Shown: positions 9,101-17,066 of the stretch, one piece after another | Position numbering within the stretch: position 1 is the stretch's first letter | Layout: every line of letters begins with the position of its first letter | DNA from: a virus | Taxonomy: Duplodnaviria; Heunggongvirae; Uroviricota; Caudoviricetes | DNA length: 28,791 nucleotides | Direction: 5' to 3' (one strand) | Virus record (IMG/VR): IMGVR_UViG_3300042524_000214 | Coordinates: 102,663 to 131,453 of that record | Made by a program: the position numbers and the translations under genes | The notes under the pieces: generated by a model | What the model was told of the DNA's origin: nothing | What the model saw: the letters and a program-made list of their open reading frames with translations, nothing else | Database searches by the model: none

Positions 9101-11981
9101 CATACTCATCAATTACTTTTTGTTTTTCTGCTTCTTTTGCGGCTTGTTTTTCCTCAGCTGTAGGCTTAGGTATAGTATCCCCATTCTTTTCAGTTTCTCT
9201 TACGTCTTCCCCTTTATCTGTAACTTCTTGTACTTTTTCATTACCTTCAAGAGTAGCTAAAACAACTTGGTTTTTGGCTTGTACCATTCTAGGTAACAAA
9301 GTTTCAATCATTTCGATTGTAGCTTCATTAGGAGATTTATCTCTTTTTATTTCAGAGATTATGTTTCTCTTACCTCTAAGACCAAGTTTAGGGTCTGTAA
9401 TTTGTCTTGCTAAATCTGCATACCTTTCAAAAGCACCTAATGATTTACCATACTCTTCCGCCAATTTTTGTAGCTCTAAAGCATCTTGTGGGCTAACTTT
9501 TTCATAAGAAGATACTAATTCTTTTATAGCTTGCGATTGCTCTTTTAAAACCTCTAACTTAGCTGCTGTAATAATTATATTTGTGCCGCTTTTGTTAAAT
9601 GGGTTTTTTAATTTAGCTGTATTAAATAAAATATCTGCCTCCTTAGCTAAGTTAGTTCTTTCTTGTTCTAACTGTGCTTTTTTGGTAGTTATGGAATCCA
9701 TCTTACCTAATATACTTTTCTTCTGTTCTTCAGAAGTAGAGTTGTAGAAAGTAGTTTCTAATTTTTTGTATTCCTCGTCTAAAGACATCATCTCAGATTT
9801 TAATTTTGTTATCTGAGAAACTTTATTTTCAACTTGTCTTTTGGTGTCTTTACCAGCTTTTGCTAATACGTCTTCAATAGCCAAGGTGTCAGAAATATCT
9901 TGCCCTAGTATTGTATTACCTACTTTGTTTTTTATAGCCTCCAGTATGTTGCTTGAAAAAGTGTCCATTTCTGCACCCATTGTCAATTCATAAGCTAGAG
10001 CTTCTCTAAGGGCGGTTACATCGTGCCCTTTAAGCATTTCTTTTTCTTGTTTTGATAATTTTGAGTTTATAAAATAATTAGCAAAATCACTATTTTTTTT
10101 GTAGTTATTTGCTGTAGTTTTATACTCATCTATCATTTTTTGTTTTAACTCTTGTGCACCTTTCTCATCTACTCCGTACTCTTGCATCAAAGTTGCATCA
10201 TCCATATTTTTTATGGCTGTCTCGGTATCTGCAACAGCATCATCCATATAACCTAAGTTATAAGCAAAGTTTAACTGTGCTAAAGCTGCATCTTTTCTTG
10301 ACATTTCTTGTCCTACAAAATCCCCATCTGCCTCGGCTCTTTGAGAGTTTTCTTGTGCTTGTTGTACTCTATTACCGTAAGCCATTACTTCGGCAATCCT
10401 AGTCCCAGAGTATGTGTTTCTAGTATCTACAATAAGTTTGTTTTCGGCTACTGCTCTACTATAATCAGGGTTCCATTTTCCGGTAGAAATTCTGTTACCA
10501 GCGGTACCACCTATTAAACCAATAAGCATACCCATTTGTATCTCTTTCCAACCCTCAGCTGTACCATAGGTTTTAGCTAATCCGCTAGAAAAAGAGTCAA
10601 TTAAGTCTAACCCATTCTTAGTATATTTTGGGTCATATTTTGCTTCTACCCAATTCTTACCGGTATTTTGTACAGCGGACTGCATACCCTCTTCCCAAAC
10701 ACCCTCTACGAACATTGGTTTAGTAAAACCATAAGTTTTTCCTAAGGCTTTTTGAAATTTGTTTGCAGAAGTTTCTACAAATTCTTCCCCTACTTTTTTA
10801 TAACCTACTCCAAAAAGTTTAGAGTCTGCCCATTTTCCTGGTGCCGATAAAGGATTTTTTACGTTGAACCATTTACCCATTACAGCTAAGTTGGATGAAC
10901 CTACAATAGCCATATTAGTTGCAAATACCCCATTTGAGGCACTGCTTAGGTTTCTTCTAAACTCAGACTCTTCTTCAGCTGTAGGCATTCTACCATTTAG
11001 CCTTTCAAAGTCGGTATAGTAACCTTCTTCCATTTCTTTTTTGAAAGCATTTGCTTCAAATGCTGACTCAAAGCCTGCACTTGTAGCTGTAAATCTAGCT
11101 GTGTGTAACAACTCTCCTACTCTTCCAAAAGTGGTAGCTAGCTTGGTTTCTAACTGCCCCGTTGCAAAAACTTTTGCTGCTGGGTTCGCTAATGTTCTAG
11201 CTTTATTTAATGTGTTTAAAAATCTTTCTGACTGAGCTAATTTTGCTCCCCATCTTGCCCCTGCTGTTGAAGCTGCTGCTCCACCTGTAGCCCATTCTAT
11301 AGCAACCTCTGAAAGAATAGCTCCTCCAAAGAATGCCATACCATTAGCAAAATCATCTGCCCAAGTTGTAGCATTAGTAAAATAATCTAACCCCGTGGCT
11401 TCTCTGTCTGCTTTTGATTTATATGTTGTAAGTTTATTGTCTAAATATGTATTTACATCATTAACGTAATCCATAAATTTATTGTCATAAAGAGACTGCA
11501 TATTACCTGTCTGAGCCATGTCATACAGACCATACGCAACACCACCAATTTGACCTACTGTGTTGTTTAAAAGTTTTCCCCAATATTTTGGGAAAGCGTT
11601 CCCCCATATTTCACCAGAAGTTTGTTTACTTGCTGCATAATCCTCTTGGTCTAAGTTTACTGTAGAGTAAGTATCATACCTTGCTACTCTACTTCCGTCA
11701 GAGTAATCTCTATAAACATCTGAAGAGCTAACGTTAGAGTAGTCAACAAGCTTTACCTTGTTAGCCTCTTTCATACTAAGGCTAGCAATTGTATCTTGTT
11801 TTGGCATACTACCAACGCTTTGAAGATTACCTACGATTTCATCCATAGGAGTAACCACTGATAACGCTTTGTCATAGTTGGTTGCTCTGATGTCGTCTAC
11901 AATAAAATTTAACTCATCATTTCTTACGTCTGAAAGAGTTTTTGCTGGTGTGTCTATATCTGGAAGGTTTCCTGTTAACAT
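6192..11981 (-). CDS. Large virion cargo/ejection protein (1929 aa) with N-terminal hydrophobic Gly/Ala segments, long coiled coils and an inserted ParB/sulfiredoxin-like domain
   Basis: 1929-aa ORF starting 2 nt after the stop of the upstream gene. Hydrophobic stretches FFGGAILSEVAIEWATGGAAASTAG, MAIVGSSNLAVMG and MGMLIGLIGGTAG; E/K-rich helical middle; IIRLPDGTIQFEDGNHRANLLNIIGSEVIPV (DGNHR at 8502-8516) fits the ParB/Srx DGxHR signature. The ejection role is inferred from size and position. Confidence 0.75.
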   Translation of the reverse strand: MLTGNLPDIDTPAKTLSDVRNDELNFIVDDIRATNYDKALSVVTPMDEIVGNLQSVGSMPKQDTIASLSMKEANKVKLVDYSNVSSSDVYRDYSDGSRVARYDTYSTVNLDQEDYAASKQTSGEIWGNAFPKYWGKLLNNTVGQIGGVAYGLYDMAQTGNMQSLYDNKFMDYVNDVNTYLDNKLTTYKSKADREATGLDYFTNATTWADDFANGMAFFGGAILSEVAIEWATGGAAASTAGARWGAKLAQSERFLNTLNKARTLANPAAKVFATGQLETKLATTFGRVGELLHTARFTATSAGFESAFEANAFKKEMEEGYYTDFERLNGRMPTAEEESEFRRNLSSASNGVFATNMAIVGSSNLAVMGKWFNVKNPLSAPGKWADSKLFGVGYKKVGEEFVETSANKFQKALGKTYGFTKPMFVEGVWEEGMQSAVQNTGKNWVEAKYDPKYTKNGLDLIDSFSSGLAKTYGTAEGWKEIQMGMLIGLIGGTAGNRISTGKWNPDYSRAVAENKLIVDTRNTYSGTRIAEVMAYGNRVQQAQENSQRAEADGDFVGQEMSRKDAALAQLNFAYNLGYMDDAVADTETAIKNMDDATLMQEYGVDEKGAQELKQKMIDEYKTTANNYKKNSDFANYFINSKLSKQEKEMLKGHDVTALREALAYELTMGAEMDTFSSNILEAIKNKVGNTILGQDISDTLAIEDVLAKAGKDTKRQVENKVSQITKLKSEMMSLDEEYKKLETTFYNSTSEEQKKSILGKMDSITTKKAQLEQERTNLAKEADILFNTAKLKNPFNKSGTNIIITAAKLEVLKEQSQAIKELVSSYEKVSPQDALELQKLAEEYGKSLGAFERYADLARQITDPKLGLRGKRNIISEIKRDKSPNEATIEMIETLLPRMVQAKNQVVLATLEGNEKVQEVTDKGEDVRETEKNGDTIPKPTAEEKQAAKEAEKQKVIDEYAAKIAGLQTTTEEIVDEEDSPKQIAKLREQEQKELLSSIPEAKNALTDGKVDKNKLTNPDDKAKFEEIYDKYDNLITPLLNNQQVGISQSDIEAERQKEISSQVELLNTEDVRRPNGGIGTQGFASEQMKDLVSYMSDLLGLSIPSELLDKSKEELKPLIDFIKSDKSIVDKIVEYVKTNPSEIIRLPDGTIQFEDGNHRANLLNIIGSEVIPVIEKSRLKEINDSYDTKINKLKENKNTQTTKIADNTKEITKLEKEKQAKLDAIDKKYEEKTAEPIQEKKSLIDSIVDMVKNSPYLLENFGSNILDLVPTQAEIEEFYELAARAIDDPRIDTELIAFKNPYNSNRFTPTTRPSLTKAEVIRLQELNDKMANWQLIEGYQNENGVSLQQMIMQAVAVKQTVEPIIREKLTDSDLINLSDNEPLEIENSKGIRNEQYIQVYENVFVKKKGNSVQISHFTLPGLLQRMGITGEIGYVQTKWEKGKNVEVKGSAKVITQAEVEDNSLPGANFIVTLTDGSKVNLTIERSGAISVRSEDFPKVMAEANMKHVEGTLNRNGGYSPVYDLESGEKLKTDYRNASDYSPREIYNMEPGESAEVTFSLDMNDEYNLKLIQNYEKGLEEGRSVEELEKELFENIKVNVVDANGRKLGDLKAAYDIAGIPGYLDLRTEALQVFKSRMESGIMGVASLSKASYIKHIFLGSPNFTFEDGSIKMFDIIPDQVIDYGYIENGKLVLKNNTKGVREDFIKGLLGRTNQPIIVVRQGKYLVAFPIALKESGTDLAEQVTEIFNSSKNRAESALKLNQLLADNGFSPASYNLFYVDENNQNILDSEGLPTEDLLKAVNALASVTNVGSVKDWMLPEHTANDLANDASIGLDMENNMFSSPKPIIELDDLKDLIKDWFAEAQKTGDVTEEKAIEIATKIFFRKKISLEEAQFVQSDRVTEALNRMYELNDEAQDDANSEKNKPCK

Positions 11982-11983
11982 TT

Positions 11984-14788
11984 TTATCTTATTTTTGTTT
12001 GTAGTACTTGTTTTCTTCTTTCCATTATTTCATTTTCTAAGTAACTATTTATTAAAGACATAGTGTTAGTATTAAATGTATGGGTATTGTAATCAATAGC
12101 TACTGGAGGCATGTTTTTAATCATTTTACCGTTCTTCATAAGAGTTGGATAAAACGCTCCTGATTTTCTTTCCCAGTTAACTGAGTAGTTTGCCTCTAAT
12201 ACATTTGTAGAATAGTCTTGTAAGTATTCTTTTGGTAAGTACTTTGATGCTACGTCTAACAATTCGTCTTTTGTTTTAAACTCAGAAAAATTTGTTCTTT
12301 GTATTAATTCAGTTATCCCTTGAGGTAAAGAATTAGAGTAGTTGCCCAAATACTTATTAGAAAACTCATATCTTGAGTCTAAGTCTACAAAAGGTTTATA
12401 GTGTAACAACACTTTCATTTCTTGCGGATTGCTCTTAGAATAAGCCCATTCTGTTTTATTGGTCTGCATGCTGCTCATTAAGTTAGAAGGTAAGTTAGAA
12501 ACAGGTATTTGTACCGTGTCTCTTACTATTTCTTTTGTTTGTCCTCCTTTTTCTTTTGGTATTAGTAGTTCGTTGTCAAAAGAAACTGTGGCTATACCGT
12601 TCTCTACTTTTTGTATTAATATGTTTGTGCCTTTTTCTGGGCTTTTCCCTTGTGCATATAAAGCAGATTTAACTGCATCAATATACGGTACATCCCCTTT
12701 ATTACCTGAACTTAAAACTACAGACATTGTTTTATCTAAATTAGCTTCTTGTTGTTTTAGTATAAGGTCGAATTTTGAAGCTACTGATGTTTTTGTGTTT
12801 AATATTCTATCAGTTACTCCTTCTCCATTTTTTAGATTAATATCGTTTCCTTCAATCTCATTCAAATTAGTATCTGAACTAAACGTTCTACCTATTACTT
12901 TAGCTTGATTTAAAATTCCTTTGAAGCCTTTTGCAAAACCTTCTCTTGAATCTTGTGCGTATTTTGAGGCATCTGTATTAAATATTTTTGCTTTGGCACC
13001 CATAGTCATAGCAGACCATGTTCCTTGAGCAATACCTGACATAGTTTCCCAACCAGATTCCCAAAACCCTGGATTTTCTGTTTTGTATTTTTCTAGCTCT
13101 TTATCAGAAATTTTATTTTCTTGTTTTACTCCTTGTAGATAAAAGTCCATTCTTTTTTTATCGTCTTCATCATCAAGAACGTAATCCTTTATATTTTTGG
13201 CAATCTCATAAGAAGCCATTGCTTTTTCTTTTGGTGTTAACTGTGAAGCATTTTTGTATTTTTTAAGAAGTTCTGCTGTATATGGCATGCTGGTTGAAAG
13301 ACCACTTACATTTAAGTCTTTTGTTTTACCTCCAAATAAACCATTTAAAGTCTCATTAACATCTTTGCTATAATACTCGGTAGCGGCTTTCTTTAAGTTA
13401 TAAGAAATTTTATTATGGTATTCTACTTTTTTATAACTTTCTAATACCTCTGGACTAAATCCTTGGGCATTAATGTCTGTACCCTCTTTAGAAGTTTTCT
13501 TTAAGTTAATGTAATAGTTGGTTACATCCTTGTCTGTAGCACTCTTACCTTCTTTTTGTAACTGTTGTTTTACTACTTGTTTGAATTCGTTGTATGAAGT
13601 GTTTCTTCCTTTTTCATATAGTGCTAAAGGAGATTCTTTTTCTTTTTCATTAACTTTTTCTTCTACGCTTGTAAATGCAGTACCTGCTGGCAATCCTTGT
13701 GCTGCACCTGTACCTAAACCAGCACCTTTACCTGTTCCGGTTCCTTTTCCTGATTTGTAAAAATCATCGTTTTCTATGTCTGTTATTTCAGAATACCCAA
13801 AAGTTTTCTTGTAAGACTCAATTAAATTGTGTGTCTCATTTTTGTATAAAAAGCTATCTCTATTAAAATTTTTAGGGTCTAATTGAGATTCAAAAAATTC
13901 TTTTTGTTGACTTGTATAAGACTTCTTCTGATTAAGTGTTTCTAACTTAGCTTTATCATCTGGATTAGTATTTTTAATATCCGTGTCTATAGAAGACAAC
14001 GTTACATCGTACTTATTTAACAAAGGTTTAGCTTGGTCTTGGTACTCTTTTAATAAAGACTCATCTGGAACACCTCTATATTTATAGTGGGCATTAATCA
14101 TTAGCTGGTCTTTAAGTTTTGTATCAGATTGAATTCTATTATTTACAAAACTGTCTATCTCTTCCGGTTTTATCCTTTTTCCTTTTACTGTTTGGTAAAT
14201 GTAACCACCCTGTACACTAGTGTCTACAACTCTTTCAAAACCTCTTTCTTTAGCCCATTTATCTAATGGCTCGTTAAGGTTTTTTGTTACATCGTAGTAT
14301 TCTTTGTATTGTAAGTTACCTAAATCATCTGTTTCCCCTTTCATATAAGCAGCATAGCCCGACTTATCTAACGCATACGCATAATTGGCATCGTTATATA
14401 ATTCAGGCTTTTGTTTTTTAACTCTTGCAGCTTCTTGTTGAAAGCTTTGTATTTTTTGGGAATTTCCTATTTGTGTTTTTACATTCTCATCAATAGCAGT
14501 ACTAATATAGTTGTTTACTTGTCTAGCAACATTATTATTAGTCATATCTACTTTAGAGTTAGCATCTACCATTGATAATAGCCCATGGAGTCTATCCCCA
14601 AGATACTTTTTATCCTGTTCTCTAGCTAAAGGAACACTTGTTATTTTTTGTATTAAGTCGTCTACTTTAGCTACGTTGACATCAAATCTTTGTTGTAAAG
14701 CTGTTTGAACTTGACCCGTTAATTGCACCACATCCATAGTGGATATAGCGTGCCCGTAGTTTATAGGTGTAGAATATGCGTTTGCCAT
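11984..14788 (-). CDS. Putative virion cargo/ejection protein (934 aa)
   Basis: Long ORF with a helical N-terminus (QQRFDVNVAKVDDL...QDKKYL...VDMTNNNV) resembling crAss-like cargo proteins (recollection, not searched), a Gly/Thr/Lys linker (KSGKGTGTGKGAGLGTG) and its own upstream promoter. No catalytic motif recognised. Confidence 0.65.
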   Translation of the reverse strand: MANAYSTPINYGHAISTMDVVQLTGQVQTALQQRFDVNVAKVDDLIQKITSVPLAREQDKKYLGDRLHGLLSMVDANSKVDMTNNNVARQVNNYISTAIDENVKTQIGNSQKIQSFQQEAARVKKQKPELYNDANYAYALDKSGYAAYMKGETDDLGNLQYKEYYDVTKNLNEPLDKWAKERGFERVVDTSVQGGYIYQTVKGKRIKPEEIDSFVNNRIQSDTKLKDQLMINAHYKYRGVPDESLLKEYQDQAKPLLNKYDVTLSSIDTDIKNTNPDDKAKLETLNQKKSYTSQQKEFFESQLDPKNFNRDSFLYKNETHNLIESYKKTFGYSEITDIENDDFYKSGKGTGTGKGAGLGTGAAQGLPAGTAFTSVEEKVNEKEKESPLALYEKGRNTSYNEFKQVVKQQLQKEGKSATDKDVTNYYINLKKTSKEGTDINAQGFSPEVLESYKKVEYHNKISYNLKKAATEYYSKDVNETLNGLFGGKTKDLNVSGLSTSMPYTAELLKKYKNASQLTPKEKAMASYEIAKNIKDYVLDDEDDKKRMDFYLQGVKQENKISDKELEKYKTENPGFWESGWETMSGIAQGTWSAMTMGAKAKIFNTDASKYAQDSREGFAKGFKGILNQAKVIGRTFSSDTNLNEIEGNDINLKNGEGVTDRILNTKTSVASKFDLILKQQEANLDKTMSVVLSSGNKGDVPYIDAVKSALYAQGKSPEKGTNILIQKVENGIATVSFDNELLIPKEKGGQTKEIVRDTVQIPVSNLPSNLMSSMQTNKTEWAYSKSNPQEMKVLLHYKPFVDLDSRYEFSNKYLGNYSNSLPQGITELIQRTNFSEFKTKDELLDVASKYLPKEYLQDYSTNVLEANYSVNWERKSGAFYPTLMKNGKMIKNMPPVAIDYNTHTFNTNTMSLINSYLENEIMERRKQVLQTKIR

Positions 14789-14805
14789 ATTATATTAAAT
14801 TTATG

Positions 14806-14837
14806 CAAAAGTACAAACTTTATTTGTTTTTCGCAAA
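14806..14837 (-). promoter_or_regulatory. Bacteroidota primary-sigma promoter upstream of the 934-aa gene
   Basis: Minus strand: TTTG (14834-14837), 20-nt spacer, TACTTTTG (14806-14813), then CATAAA. The TTTTGCATAAA core is identical to the one at 6140-6150. Confidence 0.72.
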
Positions 14838-14846
14838 TTAATTAAA

Positions 14847-17066
14847 TTATTTTTTAAATCTACCTCCAAATTTTTTCTTTTCGGTCTTTTTTGTTTTAGC
14901 AGCCTCTTGTTCTTTTGAATAAAGTTCTTTTAAAAAGTTTGTTTCACCTTCATTAAAATTTGGTGTCTTATTTACTTCATAACCTTCTCCAGTAAACTGT
15001 ACATCTGGATTTAGTGCATTGTATCTATTAAACCCTTCTACTGTCTTCCAGTTATTCATCTGGTTTTCTTGAAGTCTATTATAAAAGTTATTTAAGTTTT
15101 GCTCATAAGCATTTTGTGCTGTATAAGTTCTTTTTTCGTAGTCTAAAGCATCTTGACCTGCTGCATTTTCTTCAGCATCGGATATTTTTGCATTGTATGT
15201 ATCAACTGCATTTCTACCTGCTGCATTAGACCTATTTACATCTGCAATTACTTTATTAGAATTCATATTGTAATTAGCTGTTACCCCTATAGAAGCTGCT
15301 GCTCTTTGTGCTGGGGTCATATCTTTTAGCTGGTCTTGTGTAGCATTTTCGGAACGATTCATCTCAGCTAATTGTTGTTCTGGAGATATATCATTGTACC
15401 CTATTCTACTGTATCTTCTTTGTAGTTTTAAACTAGGTTGTATAGAAGATGGCATTAATGGAGTTTGGTCAGGTAGTAACAACAAACCTCTTCTGTTTTT
15501 GTCTTTTACTATATCTTTTGTAGGTTCTTCTACAACATTGTTTTGTTTAAATTTAAAAGGGTTTTCCGCAAATCTAACAGTCCCTGTTGATGGTGTTTCC
15601 GGTGTTTCCCCTGGAGTAACCGGCTTATTCTCACCAGTAAGTTTTAAAAACTTATTTGTAGGGTTTTTTGCTGACTCATCTAAATCTTGTACTGTAACCC
15701 CATATTCATCTGCTATCATTTGCTTACCCCCTGGGGATTGCTTTCTATAAGCATCTAAATCTACATTACCTGATTTTTTAGCAGGTTTTGCTACTACAAA
15801 CCCAGGCTCTGAAGCTACTATGTTACCATAAGCATCTGTCTTTTGGTTTCTAAACGGTGCACCTTGGTACACTATCCCTTTTTCTTTTAAGGCAGGTATT
15901 ACTTCATTGTATATTAATTTAGTGTCCTCTGGGTTATTTGGATTAAAATCTCTACCTGTTTTTTGTTTGAATGTGGTATTATACAAATACCCATTTATTC
16001 TTGCTTCGTCTTGTCCTCCGTAAGAGCCATTAGGATTATCTTTGTGTTGTAACTGTATAGGCAGCACTTTTCCTGTACCTATTGTTTCTAACATACCTGG
16101 ATTAAATACTAACTCATTACTGTCAATTGCTTTGTTTAAATTGTCTAAACTCTTCTTATCTAATACAAATTTAGAATAGTGTTTTTTAATTGCTTCTTTT
16201 TCTTTATCCGTGTAAGTTCTAGCTTTACCTGTTACTTCCCCTAAAACACCTTTTTTAGCCTCTTTCTGGTAGTATTCTGCATCGGACATATTTTCGGGTC
16301 TCTCTGAACCTTTGTTAAGCCCTAACTGTTTTACTAAATCAGCAAATGGGTTTACAAATCCTGCATCTTGGTAATGTGGTAGGGTTTTTAAAAGTTCTTT
16401 AGCTCTTTCTGGGTCTATCTTATGTTTGGCGGCTAGTTCCAAGTAGTCTCCTCCCATTTGCATTTTATACCCAGATTGTTCTGTTTTAGCCTCCTCTTGT
16501 TTTTTAAATAGCATATCAAAAAATTTAGCTCTCTCTTTTTCAAGAGGTTCTTTTTCTTTACTTTTGCTGTTTACACTGTTGTTTAGGAATTGATTGTTTA
16601 AAGCAAAAGTTTCTTTATCTTTGCTCTTATCTTTCTGCTCATCCATAGATTTAATAAACTTTTCTAACTCTTCATTTACTTTAGTTAACCCCGAAGCATT
16701 AGTAAACCTATCTAAAGCTTTAGAGTAAGTGTCATTAGCTTTAAAAGGTAATTTTAATGATTTGTTTAATTCTTTAGCTAAGTCAACCCCAATTTTTAAA
16801 TGGTTACTTATAATTCTAGAGCCCTCTTCAAGTTTAACTGGCATACCTCCCTTTTCGTGGGATTTACCTTCAAACTTTCTTATGCCTTTAGAGTCAAGTA
16901 TGTATTCTCCACCTTCTACCTCTGCGTTAGGTTTTGCTATGGGTTTATCCATATCCAGTGCAAACTGGTACTCACCAGTCATAGCTTTATGCAAATCCTT
17001 TTTCTCGCCACCGTTTGCAAAGAAGATATTTTCAAAAACTTCTTTTGGTATTTCTATTTTATTCAT
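14847..17066 (-). CDS. Putative virion cargo/structural protein (739 aa) with an N-terminal EVEGGE...SHEKGG domain
   Basis: ORF overlaps the upstream stop by 8 nt. NAEVEGGEYI...FEGKSHEKGGMPV...IISNHLK is a motif I recognise from Bacteroidota phage virion proteins. The C-terminal third is Q/N/A-rich and helical, and the protein ends KKKFGGRFKK. Confidence 0.65.
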   Translation of the reverse strand: MNKIEIPKEVFENIFFANGGEKKDLHKAMTGEYQFALDMDKPIAKPNAEVEGGEYILDSKGIRKFEGKSHEKGGMPVKLEEGSRIISNHLKIGVDLAKELNKSLKLPFKANDTYSKALDRFTNASGLTKVNEELEKFIKSMDEQKDKSKDKETFALNNQFLNNSVNSKSKEKEPLEKERAKFFDMLFKKQEEAKTEQSGYKMQMGGDYLELAAKHKIDPERAKELLKTLPHYQDAGFVNPFADLVKQLGLNKGSERPENMSDAEYYQKEAKKGVLGEVTGKARTYTDKEKEAIKKHYSKFVLDKKSLDNLNKAIDSNELVFNPGMLETIGTGKVLPIQLQHKDNPNGSYGGQDEARINGYLYNTTFKQKTGRDFNPNNPEDTKLIYNEVIPALKEKGIVYQGAPFRNQKTDAYGNIVASEPGFVVAKPAKKSGNVDLDAYRKQSPGGKQMIADEYGVTVQDLDESAKNPTNKFLKLTGENKPVTPGETPETPSTGTVRFAENPFKFKQNNVVEEPTKDIVKDKNRRGLLLLPDQTPLMPSSIQPSLKLQRRYSRIGYNDISPEQQLAEMNRSENATQDQLKDMTPAQRAAASIGVTANYNMNSNKVIADVNRSNAAGRNAVDTYNAKISDAEENAAGQDALDYEKRTYTAQNAYEQNLNNFYNRLQENQMNNWKTVEGFNRYNALNPDVQFTGEGYEVNKTPNFNEGETNFLKELYSKEQEAAKTKKTEKKKFGGRFKK

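Noticed and set aside
15592-15609. 9-nt tandem repeat ggtgtttcc x2 (ETP-ETP)
   Set aside because: Trivial slippage in a Pro/Thr linker with no functional signal.
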